Notes under the pieces: generated by a model | Databases searched by the model: none | The model's input: the letters and a program-made list of their open reading frames with translations, nothing else | What the model was told of the DNA's origin: nothing | Made by a program: the position numbers and the translations under genes | NCBI GenBank assembly: GCA_051294375.1 | Contig: JBJCIZ010001032.1 | Span: 1 to 23,742 of the forward strand | Length of the DNA stretch: 23,742 bases | Reading direction: 5' to 3' | Source of the DNA: Paraspadella gotoi | Lineage: Eukaryota > Animalia > Chaetognatha | Part shown: positions 1 through 11,317 of the stretch, piece by piece | How positions within the stretch are numbered: the stretch's first letter is position 1 | How the letters are laid out: the number at the start of each line of letters is the position of its first letter

Positions 1-2029
1 ACACAACAGAGAGGCGAGATACCGACGAAATGCGAAGGTATGGTTGTCTTCCTGGAGTCACGATTCTCTAAGAACAGACAGGTGATTTAATAACAAATTT
101 GAAAATCAATTACAGTGTGTGAAATTTGCAAGCACCTCGAGAAATGCAAAAGTGGAGTGAGTGAACCAGTTGAAACTTGGGACTTTTGTAGAATCTGGAG
201 GAGATACAAAGCTAAGTAATTGAGATTAACAGTATAGAAGGACTAGATATTTACGATACTTTATCATTTAGTGGTGCGAGGAGAAGGAGGAGGAGACAGG
301 AGGGGATACGGGATTGACGGTAGGACACGAGGTAGAGGCGACGCAAGAAGAATAGAGACACTGACACCACACCGCCGCGTCCTCATAAGGAAAGCATTGC
401 TGCCAGTGGTGGGGTCATTCGGCGTGTATAGGTTGCGTGGAAATGCGATTCGATCTCAGTGTTTAGTGGCTAGATATTGTTCCCCTAAGAAACTACACCC
501 AAGGCCACCCAAATGTCTCCCTACTGCATCTTATTAATAAAGATCGTTGTAAAAATTAAAACTTTGCTAATCCTCTCCAAAACACGAAAGAAAGGATTAC
601 AACCATGGACACGAATCAAAAAATGCTTGAAGCATAAGGATCGTCCGCCCGCGCCAAAATGCGGCATAAAAAAAATCCTGGATTGACGACAAATTTTGAT
701 ACCTAAAAAATAAGAATTTGAAGAAAGAAAATTATTTATAAACAGGAAAGAAAAATTATATTTTGATAAATTGTAAATTCAAAGGTTACAGTTTCTGAAA
801 AAAAGGAGAATAAAAACATCTTTTTTGTAAAAAATAAACTAATCAGCCAGTACCGCACGCCCCTGAGAAAAAAAAACAAAATAAAAACCCTGATGTTGGC
901 GAATAGCAAATGATAACATGCACGAATGGCGATGCCTAATTTTACGAGTTCAATCCTATTCAGAATTTATGTTTTAAAAAAAAAATAACGCAGAGAGAGG
1001 AGGAGAAAAAAGAAAAGAATCAAAAGGCCAGCAAGCAGAAGCAGCACGGAGAAAAGAGAGATAAAGAATAAGCCAGAAGAGGGAATAATAATGGGGTTTT
1101 AGATCCGAGTTTTTTTGAGATTTAAGAATCACTTGACTTATCAAGTCATAATGGATAGGACTTTTTCACTTTTTTTATATTACTCTGGATTGAATCACAT
1201 TTGTCATATTACTTATTCTAACGAGTTGTTCATCTTGTTTAATTGATGTCAATTCGAACAAGACCTCGCCTCTGTCATGAATGTAAGGAATTTAATGAAT
1301 GGAATGACAAACGCCAACCATTCTAGGTGGCCTTATGATGTTTTTTTAACGAACGCAAAAAAACTAATAAGGGGCATCATCGAGGATTTTTTGGCTAAGG
1401 TAAAAGTAAAATTGCTTAAGTAACAATTAGATTAGGTTAAAAAGATAATATCTTTCTTTCTAATACAAATAGTTCAAACATTATTCTAAACAATGAAAAA
1501 AATACTACATTAGATTTCTTATTTTTTTACAGCCTTCCTCATTCGGACGGACAGATCCTTATTTATTTATTTATGCATTAATAACCTCATGCACTTGCGG
1601 CCTTCTTTCCTTCATCGGGACTGCCTTTTTTTAAAAAAGATGTTTAATTTATTATATTTATTGTCTCCGTTTTACTAAAACAATTATTTGAAATTATAAT
1701 ACAGTTTTCATTTTTTACCTTGTTTTTAAAAAAATTGAATAGAAATAACTTTTATACATATATTTTTTTATTTCTTCCAAATAAGTTTCTACTACTTCAG
1801 CGCGTTTTAGACATACTCAAAATTTTTTCTCAGTGATAAAATTTTATGAATAGCGAATAAATTCGAAAAAAATTAAAACTTCAAACTTTATGTAAAATCT
1901 CGATTCATCACCGCCGCAATTGGGTTCAGTAAAAAAGGATGATGTCCATTGCAGCAAAGCGTATGGTGCCCGCTAGCTGTCTTATTTAAAAGCAATTTAA
2001 AATCAAAATAGTTATCAGAATATTATCCA

Positions 2030-2387
2030 TTCTATCTATGCTTGCCCATGACATTTGGAGTTTTGCTAAGTAGGGACGGATGGACTGGATTGATTGACTA
2101 CATTAATTTAATTATTGATTAATTTATTTACTAAATTGATTAATTAACGTGATTAATTATTTTATTTATTAATACATTCTGCATATACATTTAATTTAAA
2201 AAGGAAAAAGAAGCATAATAAATTTTAAAACAGGTTTTTTTGTTTTTTTCCATTTAAACTCATTTCCGACTCAAACTTATTCCATCGAAACTTGATTTCC
2301 TGTTCCAATCACACACTTTCCTATCCACATAACACAAATTCAGGTCAATCCAGCCCATCCAATCATGGACGCAATTGGGTGTTCACA
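2030..2387 (-). mobile_element. Fragment of a related HINE-like element, cut off near the Gypsy 5' LTR
   Basis: Reverse complement shares blocks with 13010-13550: TGATTGGATGG..., GGAA(A)GTGTGTGATTG, GGAAATCAAGTTTCGATGGAAT, an ATTA-rich tract. The 5' part with the GTCC microsatellite is absent. Confidence 0.6.
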
Positions 2388-2403
2388 CACTAGTAGAATA
2401 TAT

Positions 2404-2685
2404 ATCGAAGGAACGAATCGAAACCAAATCGGATCGGCGACGCGAGTGATTTCAACCAAGGACTCGATGATTGGATGAATCACCATCGGAATCGGACCAA
2501 TGAGAAGAAGGGCTTCATGCCATCGGGAAAAGGAGCCCACGTCGTTGATCCGGTTTGCCCTGTATAAATAGGAAACGTTGTATTGTTTTTCATTCTGTCC
2601 TCACACCGTTCTTCGCTTGTAAATATTCTTAGAATAAAATCCACTTTTGGTTTTCATGTTGAAATCTCTGTCTACTTACTTAAAT
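2404..2685 (+). repeat. 5' LTR of Gypsy copy 1 (~280 bp)
   Basis: ATCGAAGGAACG...CTACTTACTTAAAT aligns end to end with the reverse complement of 22984-23263 and is followed directly by a PBS. Ends uncertain by 1-3 bp. Confidence 0.9.
2497..2638 (+). promoter_or_regulatory. LTR promoter and polyadenylation signals
   Basis: CCAAT 2497-2501, TATAAATA 2563-2570, Inr-like TCATTC ~2590-2595 about 27-30 bp after the TATA start, AATAAA 2633-2638. All are also present in the second LTR. Confidence 0.65.
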
Positions 2686-2686
2686 G

Positions 2687-2704
2687 TGGTGACAGGAGTG
2701 GAAT
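2687..2704 (+). promoter_or_regulatory. Primer-binding site, tRNA-Leu-like
   Basis: TGGTGACAGGAGTGGAAT right after the LTR, close to the typical tRNA-Leu PBS TGGTGTCAGGAGTGGGAT. Confidence 0.75.
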
Positions 2705-2764
2705 CGACAAACCACGCATCCAAGAGATCAAGCCTCTTACCAACCAGACCACGCCAAACAGAAG

Positions 2765-4560
2765 ATGGACTTCGCCGTTAGAAGAAAAACCTCACGGCTC
2801 CGGCACCACCTACGGCGCCCGGCAGTTCTACCGAAAGCGGAAGCGAAGGCGGTAGCATCGACTTGGACTTCCATACGTTCGAAGTTTCAGGCCCATTGCG
2901 AGATCAATGCCTAAAGAGGAGACCAACAGGCGGAATGCGTCCGCAAATTCTGAAGCTGGTTAACGACAACAAACTTAAAACAGCAACAGAACTACCAAAC
3001 AAGTCAATCAACGGATTGACGAAAGCGAATTCAAAATAAATGAAAGACTGAATCAAACAGAAACACAACTCGGATCCAAACTGGCGAACTTCATCAAATG
3101 ATGAAAGAAAATGATGAAAGAAACACGACCGACATGGCCCAGGAGAACCGGGATCACCGGGAAAAACAACATGGCCATGACCATCAACACACGACTAACA
3201 AGCCTCGCTCACTTCGAACCCCCCCCCCCCGCCCTCGATCTACCCGAACGCTAGCGCCATCCTCGCCGATCAACAACCAACCATCCTACCTAACGCAACC
3301 GCCCGGAAAGGATCAGCGCCCCCAGCAGGAGGAAACCCCTTCCGAAAGCGGCCGAAGTGATCCGCCTTCTTATACTGTCAACTGACCAACCAATCAAATT
3401 GGAAAAAAGAAGGAACGACGAATCCCCCCGGGAGGACTTTTTTGCGCAGCTTCTACCGAAGCATTTAAAGATCTCCAGCAACAAACAAGATCGATCAGCA
3501 ATTGCGTGCCCTCCTCGCCTCGTGACAAAGTCCGCGAGTAGATTCATCGAACCCATCAATCAATCGATGTGGTTGGGACTCTTGCGCTTTTGGCGAAGGA
3601 TCATCCGTCAGCATTGCGGAAAGCCCTCGCCGAAGCTAAGGTCGAAGTAGACCCCCAGGTACATGCCAAATACGGTCTCCGCGCTGGTCAACGCGGGCGA
3701 AGGAAAACTTCGAAACGGTCCGGGAAAAGGACCAGAGCCTCCATCCCGGATTAACGTCGCGCAGATTGCTCGTCGAAGCCCTCGAGCCATACGTCCCAGG
3801 CTATTACGTCGAGACTCTCGAATGGACGACCCTGCTCGAGAAAGGCGAAACACGCAAGCTTGGAAAAGCAATCGAATACAAGCTTCGCGATACTTAAAGA
3901 AAACCAGCGACGCCTCCTTTCGAAAAATAGTAAAAACCGTCTCCGACGAGGATAAAGAAAAGCTGGTAAACGCCCTCGTCCAGAAGGGTCAAAGCGACAA
4001 AGACCCGAATAACAGCGCTAAAAGCTTTCTACCAAGGATCGGTACTACAGGAGATAAACAATATGAGTGAAATGATGAAGGAGATGAAGGAATTCGGCAA
4101 ATCAGGACGAAGTGGAACTCACAACGACCGCCGCTACGGACCATCGTGACGACCACCGGGACAGACGCAGCCCGGACAGATCTTATGAAAAAAGACCTAC
4201 AACAACAACTACAAGGCCCGGGATTGGAAAAACGATAGGAATACCAACTGGCGCGAATGAAAAAAAGGGGCAAAAAGGGACCAAGTTTTTGGAAAACGCC
4301 GTGACATTGTAGATCTTACGGATAATTTGGACATTGATTTTGTTGATGATAATGATGAAAATAAAAACAATTATTATTACAACGTGTTGTCCCTAAACTG
4401 TACAAATCCGAAAGTGAGCTGCTAAAAACAAAGCTAAGAGATGATTACAAATCACTCGGTAACAAGGTCATGGAGATAAATACAAATGGAATCGACATAT
4501 CAGTCAAACAAAAGGTTAGGATCTAGCCGAAACAGCAAACCAGTTCCGAGGCAGATCGAC
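2765..4560 (+). pseudogene. gag: gag-like region, many frameshifts as assembled
   Basis: Lies between PBS and pol; A-rich coding-like composition; overlapping ORF fragments in changing frames (3098-3385, 3357-3650, 3569-3754, 3663-4070, 4112-4312); first ATG at 2765. No CCHC knuckle seen. Call is positional and the 3' end is approximate. Confidence 0.55.
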
Positions 4561-5059
4561 AGCATCGCGTATGCCACAAGCTTCTCAAAACCTCTCGACG
4601 CCAAAGAAATCGCTTTAGCCAACAAATTTTCTACATAAATTATGGATGGCAAGGCTGGGCCAAAGCCGATACTGGTGAGAGAGAGCGCAGGATAACCAGG
4701 TCTAAGGCTTGCGCTAAATTAGCACGACGAGCTAAATAGAAAAAGACAGCAACCAAAAGGTAAACGACCTTCTAACAAACAATGAGGTCCTGCCTGCTGA
4801 CACCACCCTTCGCCGACTTACCGCTCTCTTACCCAACGGAACGACCAGAAAAACATAAGAACAGGCCCAATCCCAGCAGGCGGAATGAGAGACCAAGCCT
4901 CAGGAAGTTACGGCCAATAGGAGACAAAAACAACCCTACCTACTGCATCATAGCAGGCGAACAGACGGGTGGGGTGAATCGCTCCATCAGGCCACCATAC
5001 GAAAAGTTGAGTCAGAATGCCATCAACCAGAAAACTTCTTTCAACATCCAACTGAGCCC

Positions 5060-6826
5060 ATGTCAACTAAGGATGAGAAAGATATGCCCCCACTTCCGGA
5101 AAGGATTGTAAACATCATCCAAGGAGAACAAGGCCCCGAGCCCAGAGATGACACCGAGAAGATATGTCATTCAGGCAAAAACAGCTATATACCAGCAGTC
5201 ATTGCTGGTGTACCTGCTAGCTGCTTATATGACACGGGAGCATCAGTAAATACNNNNNNNNNNNNNNNCATAGAGAAATGGTCCCTCAATAATAAAATAT
5301 ATCATGGCTCTCCACTTCGCCTGTCAACTGCGACAGGCACAATCACTCTAACCGAAAGAATCGACCTCAGAGTCATGTTCCAAAATTGGGTACTAAAAAC
5401 AGTTTTTTATTTATCCGCTGATGAAAATGATCAAGACATCATTATCGGTACGGCAATAACAAACCCAGGCCCGCCGGAACAACTATGGGTCGTACAGCCA
5501 TCTAACCAGAAGGAAAATCTACAAATTGCATCAATGGCTGGAAAGCCCATTACTCATCTGTTCAGGGAAAAATATGAAGCTTTAAAAGCCGCCAGATGGC
5601 TCGCTCATAAAAACCTAGACGAGGAAACAACCTTGCCCGTGTACGCCGAGCGCGACTCTCAAGGATCGGTCAGACTTATGACAAGCAGACCATACTGGAA
5701 AACAATCACCGAAACAAAGTGGATACTTGAATCCGAAAACGGCAAAGCTTACATCGTAAACGGTGATCAGCTCCGCGAAGGGATAGAAATAGACGCAGAT
5801 CCGGGAACATGGGGATTTGCGCGGCCACTCATTACAAATGAAGCAAAAAATGACTTGGGCCTCGACACGGAAGAAACCGCTGAACCCGTCCAAGCTGACT
5901 TATCCGGCGACAAACCTCTCTTGCGAAAGGTTAGAAAAGATCATATTCCGGCGACAACAATCATTCACCACAAACCTACTGAAGAAGAGATACGAGCAGT
6001 AGAAAACGCACGACAAAAGAGACGACAAAAACACGACATACGCGGCAAGGAAGAATTCCTCAAGCCTTTTAAAGATGTCGATCCCAGCCTACGCGAAAAA
6101 GCTCACCTTGTCTGGGAAATAGTCTGGGATTACAGAGACGTTTTTGGAGAAACCATAAACGATTGTAAAGAGGGTTTTCTGAATTACAGAGTTGACCTCG
6201 GATTCTCAGACGAAAATTTACCAAAACCAAAGTTTGCCAACCAGGGACCGGTAAAGAAGGCCGCTTTAAAAAGATACCTGGAGGTTTATGAGAAGGCAGG
6301 CATTGTCTCTAGAACCAGAAATGAGGCGTACTCCAATGCTTTCCTCATCAAAAAACCAGGCCACATAGCCGAAAATCAGGATGAAATGAACGATGAAACT
6401 TTTGCTAAGCAGTGGAGACTTATTTGCGACTTATCAGCCGTCAACAATAATATATCGACTTACGCCACTGAACCACAAACGATTACATCCATCCTGGAAC
6501 AATATAAACCCCACGAACTCCAGTGCTCAGTGGACATACTCGCGTGCTTTCACCAAGTGAACCTGGCCGACCGCTGCAAGCCCGTCACCACCTTTGCAGG
6601 CGCCGGCCATAACTGGTGGATGAACAAGCTACCCATGGGCGGAGTCAATAGCGTAAATGTACTACAAGCTATACTCGACGAAATCTTTCAAGACCTGGGG
6701 ACACGCGACGTCAAAAGCTTCCTGGTTTACGTGGATGATCTGATTCTAACCGCCAAGTCACCGGAAGACATGGCGCAAAGACTCCGCGACCTACTTCAAA
6801 GATGCAGAGACGAGAACGTCTCCTGA
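5060..6826 (+). CDS. pol: pol part 1: aspartic protease + reverse transcriptase
   Basis: Protease CLYDTGAS (GAC at 5231) and DIIIG. RT motifs WRLICDLSAVN, SVDILACFHQV, LPMGGVNS, VYVDDLIL (6728-6739). Continues through frameshifts as ...KILGFSIS...PQKAKLEAV...KELRAMLASLNYYRCF (to ~7011). Confidence 0.93.
   Translation: MSTKDEKDMPPLPERIVNIIQGEQGPEPRDDTEKICHSGKNSYIPAVIAGVPASCLYDTGASVNXXXXXXIEKWSLNNKIYHGSPLRLSTATGTITLTERIDLRVMFQNWVLKTVFYLSADENDQDIIIGTAITNPGPPEQLWVVQPSNQKENLQIASMAGKPITHLFREKYEALKAARWLAHKNLDEETTLPVYAERDSQGSVRLMTSRPYWKTITETKWILESENGKAYIVNGDQLREGIEIDADPGTWGFARPLITNEAKNDLGLDTEETAEPVQADLSGDKPLLRKVRKDHIPATTIIHHKPTEEEIRAVENARQKRRQKHDIRGKEEFLKPFKDVDPSLREKAHLVWEIVWDYRDVFGETINDCKEGFLNYRVDLGFSDENLPKPKFANQGPVKKAALKRYLEVYEKAGIVSRTRNEAYSNAFLIKKPGHIAENQDEMNDETFAKQWRLICDLSAVNNNISTYATEPQTITSILEQYKPHELQCSVDILACFHQVNLADRCKPVTTFAGAGHNWWMNKLPMGGVNSVNVLQAILDEIFQDLGTRDVKSFLVYVDDLILTAKSPEDMAQRLRDLLQRCRDENVS
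5254..5268. other. Assembly gap (15 N)
   Basis: Run of N inside the protease region. Confidence 1.
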
Positions 6827-7129
6827 AATGGCACAAAAGCGTTCCCTCCGAAAAGAAGATATAAAAATCTTAGGATTCAGCATCTCAAAGAGCAAACTGA
6901 TGCCACAAAAGGCAAAACTCGAGGCAGTAGTATAGAAGTAAAGCTAAAAACGCTAAAAACCCAAAAAGAGTTGAGAGCGATGCTCGCCTCACTCAATTAT
7001 TACAGGTGTTTTACGCATCGCTTTTCCTACATAGCCCAACCACTCCATGCCCTCACACTCCTATGACAAGAAAGATTTCAAACTCTCAGAAAAACACATC
7101 GAAATGCTGCAAACGCTTATCAACGCAGA

Positions 7130-7569
7130 TTAAAAATCTTCTCCAGGATGTAAATTTTTTAAACGACGCCAGAATCAAACACGGTTCCTACAGGATCTAC
7201 GCTGACGCCAGCACCAGCGCCATGGGCGGCCTCATCACCGCCACCGCCGATGGCGTCGAATACCCATTATCCTTTCATTCAAAGTCATTTCCGGAAGAAT
7301 ATCGAATTAAGCATATAAATGTTCTCGAAACTTTGGCCTTCAACATGATGGTGAGAAAGTTCAAGGGTTATACGTGCGGAAGAAGAGTTACACTCGTCAC
7401 AGACTCCCAGTATTTCAAGAGAATCATGGATCTGCAGCACGACAGGCAACAACTCCTCCCCACCAACGTCCTCCGTTGGATCACAGAAATCCGACAAGAA
7501 TGTCAACCGAAAGAATTGAATTCTGTTAAACGAGGACAACCCCGCGGATTTTCTAACACGTTTTACTGA
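7130..7569 (+). CDS. pol: pol part 2: Gypsy-type RNase H
   Basis: IYADASTSAMGGLI, PLSFHSKSF, INVLETLA, GRRVTLVTDSQ, VLRWI; an adjacent frame gives NPADFLTR. Confidence 0.9.
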
Positions 7570-7689
7570 ACAAGGGCAAGTGACCCCACTCGACACGCCC
7601 TTCTTCCCGCTGGTTTCGACATCGACGGAGAATACGAAGCAGTTTTGCTGAAAATCCGGTCGAAGAACAAACAAACCCAGAAATCATCT

Positions 7690-8070
7690 GATTTAGTCAC
7701 GGGCATGCACCAACGCTGACCCTCATTGGCGCAAGTCCTCCAGAGGATACGAAAGCCTTCAGGTCAAAATTCTTCGAATTCGTCCGCCAAAGATTTCGAA
7801 AAAAGAAAATCGAATATTGAAAAATTGTATGGGAAACCCAAGACCAAGGATGCAGACACTTTCGTCAGAACAATCGCAGCCAAAGATTGGAGCTTGGGTC
7901 ACCCCGAGTTAGAACTACTCAGCGAGATGACGGGCATCACAATTATTCTAATGGAAGAAGAGTCGACCAAGCAAGCTGGATGTAAATACGAAAAGATCTA
8001 CGGAAACATGGAAGGAGGCAGATGCGTCAGAATCTTCAGAACCATCACAGGCCAAGTCAGCCTGGTCAGT
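7690..8070 (+). other. Extra pol domain between RNase H and integrase, OTU-protease-like fold (tentative)
   Basis: DTFVRTIAAKDWSLGHPELELLSEMTGITIILME...KIYG...CVRIFRTITGQVSLV resembles the OTU C-terminal pattern (WGgxxELxALSxxxxxxIxV...IxLxYxxxHY). An upstream alternate frame gives SLAQVL..EDTKAFRSKFFEFVR. Recognised by eye only. Confidence 0.45.
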
Positions 8071-8439
8071 GAAGGAACACCACAACGCCCTGCCAATGCA
8101 CCATCCGAAGATCCCATCCAAACTATCAACGTCGCGAACCTCCGCCTCCCAGAACGACGAGGAAGACCAAAACGGTCAATCACCACCACACACTGCTCCG
8201 AGCAACTCCCACATGACCTCGTCACCATCAAACTAAGGAACAAAGACGAGACAAAAATTACAAAAACACCAGGAATAACTCTCCCAAGTACGACCACAAT
8301 GGACATAATAGATACTACTTGGCCAGGAGCAAATGGTGAAGCAATGATTGATAGCACCTTGGAGGCAGATATCGACGCCACCGAAACCGAATTGGCCGAA
8401 GAAGCAAGACAGCCCCACACTAAGCAAGAAAACCTACTG

Positions 8440-9655
8440 CCAATGGCATCAACCGTCAAAGCTTGGCAAGAGAAAGATGAAATGTTTAAATTCGTCATAG
8501 ATACTCTGCAGAAGCACGATCGCCAGACTGCGGAGGAAATGCTAAACAAAAAGATGGAAAAAAGAAAAAACATTACAGAAAGATACCTCACCAACTGCCT
8601 CGCTGATTTAACCGTCAATAAAAACGGCATCCTCACGATAGAGGGCTACAAAAACAACAACCACACAGTAAAATTTGTAGTACCGCCAAACAAAGCCGAA
8701 GAAATGGTGACTAAATTACATAATCACTTCGGACATCCAGGCAGAGACCGCACGGCTTTTATCACTGCACAATATATCTCAGCCCCGGGATTGGTAAGTG
8801 CGGCTGCAAAATGCGTCAGAAATTGTGAAAACTGCGCAAAATCTACAGATACAAAAAAACATAATGAAACTCCCTCAGCGCCCAACCTAGCCTTCACACC
8901 CTGGGAGTCCCTTAGCATCGACGTGATGCACCTCCCTCCAGTAGCCGGCTACAACTACGTCCTCGTCGCCTCAGATAACGCATCAGCTTACACATGGCTA
9001 TTCCCCTGCGCCGAGTAGACGCTGAAAGCGTAGTTAAAGCCCTGGACGAAAATATTTTCCTCCACCATGGATCATACATGGAGGTAAACTTCGACGGTGC
9101 CACGCAGCTCAATGGAAAAGCAATGAAATCGATACTCGACCTCCTTGACACAGTTGGGAGACGCATCTTAGTCGGCAGAAAAGACAGTAACAGGGCCGAG
9201 AGAGATATCGGTCGAATCCGTCAAGCGCTCAGAAAAGCAGTAGAAGATCAACCTAGAAAATGGCTTGACCAACTTCCCCACCTCATGCTGCTCCTGAACG
9301 CCACCCCAATAATTGGCTGGAAAACCGAAATGTCCCCACACGAGATTCAATTCGGACACAGACCAAGAATTGTAGAAGCCGCAGATGACTACACAAAGAG
9401 AAACCTGATCGACTTTATCAGAAAGAGAGCAGAAAAACAGGAACAAGCCAGATCAAGGATCGCAGACCAAAGGACCAAACTATACAAACAGTCAGCCAGA
9501 AATAATCCCTACAGAAAAGCTGAAAAGATTCAAGTTGGCGACCTGGTCCTGGCCAGACGCGACTTAATAATAACCGGAACTGCAACAGCCGAAAATAAGG
9601 TTAGAACGGATTTATTACTGGGCCGCACAAAGTCATCGAAAGAGAGGGTAACCAC
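8440..9655 (+). CDS. pol: pol part 3: integrase (frameshift near 9010; C-terminus interrupted)
   Basis: Zinc finger LHNHFGHPG...CVRNCENC; PWESLSIDVMHLP; VNFDGATQL; NRAERDIG; WLDQLPHL..LNATP; SPHEIQFG; QVGDLVL; YTGPHKVIEREGN (GPY/F-like). Confidence 0.92.
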
Positions 9656-9660
9656 TATAG

Positions 9661-10837
9661 TACCGAAGCGTAGAGTGTCCTTTTTCCAGGATCAATATAA
9701 TTCTTATATTTTTGCGTCCAATGAGCTGATATCTTAACATAAAATAGTCTCAACATTGGTCTATTGCCCATTGGCATAAAATTTAAATCGGACAATTCTA
9801 AACCACTTAAAAATAGGCCCAAAAAATAATTTTTAAAGTTGCATAAATTGGTCATTTTATGTAGTACATTTTAAAATTTTACATATACATAATCAAAAGG
9901 GTTTGTGAGATGTTGTCAGAATATGAATAAATTTGAACAGTTTTATTAGCATTTACTAAGGAAATATTTTAGATGTGTCATTTTTTTAATCAGTCATTAC
10001 TATTATATTAGTGAATATTATGCTTTTATATTATAGTGTTAGATGGGCCTTCGGTAGCTCTACAACATATATGAGTTTCGGTCATCTCAAAAAAATTTTG
10101 TCACAGGTCAAAATTTTAATAACAAAATTCAATTGTTATTTATACCTAAAATATGCAGAGAACTGGATGATTTTTAACCATAAAATAGCCAAAGCATACT
10201 TTATCTGCTGGTGGTCTCAAAAATTTTAATTAAAATAAGCATAATCTCATTGTGCATATTTAAAGATTTTCTACTACTAAATTTCTCCTTACTAGGTAAG
10301 TATTTTTTTATTGTTTTAAGTGCTTAACAATTCATAGTATAAGCTTTAACTTAAGCTTATTTTGGAGAATTTCTAACTTTATTTCAAATTGATATTATTT
10401 TTAAGATATTACTTAAAAAAAGTATTTATTAATACTTTATCATATTTCAATTTTTTTATTATTATAAAAAGAGATTAAGACAAGGATTCTAAATATATAA
10501 ATTTTTTGTAATTAGATCATCCAAGGCTGAGATATGCATTTGAAATGTCAAAAAGAAAAAAATACCCTTTTTAAACCCCAATAAAAAACTGTACATCGAA
10601 ATATCTCTTTAATATTTTAAAGATAGGTAATATTTTCATTCAAATTAACAGTCTTTAAGTTTCAGATCAATCGGAAAACTTTTACTATTAAATCTTTAAG
10701 GAGAAGTTAATTTTTGAAAAAAATCGATTTTTTAAAAAAAATAGATAGATGAATAATGTAAAGGTTAAAGTTACGATGTGTTGAGAGAGCGAGGGCAGAA
10801 GATATCCTTGTATGAACGCTATATTTTAAAATGGGCC
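9661..10837 (+). repeat. Left inverted arm of foldback element
   Basis: AT-rich near-identical reverse complement of the right arm, e.g. AGATGGGCCTTCGGTAGCTCTACAAC vs GTTGTAGAGCTACCGAAGGCCCATCT. Confidence 0.92.
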
Positions 10838-10849
10838 AATTGGTTGTAA

Positions 10850-11317
10850 GTTAGTCATACCATCCTCAACCCCATATATGCCTGGAACGAGCTCGTCAGG
10901 CCGAACATGCTAAGAAATTAGTAAGTACTTAGTAAGTATGAAGGCAAACTGTCGGCCGACGTTGGCTTCATCCCTTTGGTTGTCACTACCTTCGGGGCAT
11001 GGGACCTGGATGCTTCTCAACCTAAAAGACTTTGCCAAACTCCAAGCAACGAATGCAGGCTTGGATATCGGCAAAACGTCTAAGCACTTTTTTGAGAGAC
11101 TTTCTGTCTGCCTTCAGTGCGAGAATGGGAACCTGCTTGCTTCCCGAAGTCCCGTGATTGAGTTGCCGTCTCATGTGGACAAAGTTGCTTGACTTTGTCC
11201 CCTGATCTCTTTTTCTTTTTTATTTTCCTTTTTTGTTCACGTTTATTGTTGACATAAGATATTTTTGCAACCATTCCCTCAATTATTTGTTTGCTGTTTT
11301 CTTTTCAGAAAAAAAAA
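10850..11317 (+). pseudogene. 5'-truncated CRE-like non-LTR retrotransposon fragment (restriction-like endonuclease C-terminus, 3' UTR, A tail)
   Basis: Joined frames read ARQAEHAK..KYEGKL..VGFIPLVVTTFGAW...HFFERLSVCLQCENGNLL, matching the AE..K..KY...F.P.A.ET.G.W...QRLS.ALQRGNA pattern. Stop at 11190-11192, T-rich UTR, A9 at 11309-11317. Confidence 0.7.

Noticed and set aside
271-537. 88-aa ORF or SINE-like segment
   Set aside because: GTG start, no motif, no second copy in the window; promoter-box resemblance too weak.
7998-8636. 212-aa antisense ORF and other minus-strand ORFs over gag/pol/env
   Set aside because: Shadow ORFs of an A-rich coding strand with no recognisable motifs.
5060-9655. 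BEL/Pao assignment suggested by the chuvirus-like env
   Set aside because: RT (W/R-L-x-x-D-L-x-x-V-N, NYYRCF), RNase H (DAS...P..F.S...E..A...TD) and the GPY/F-like motif look Gypsy-type; no BEL-type motifs recognised.
9655-10229. Short ORFs in the foldback arms as a transposase
   Set aside because: Short, AT-rich, no DDE or DNA-binding motifs. The tail of ORF 8994-9737 and the start of ORF 14539-14754 are simply read-through into arm sequence.
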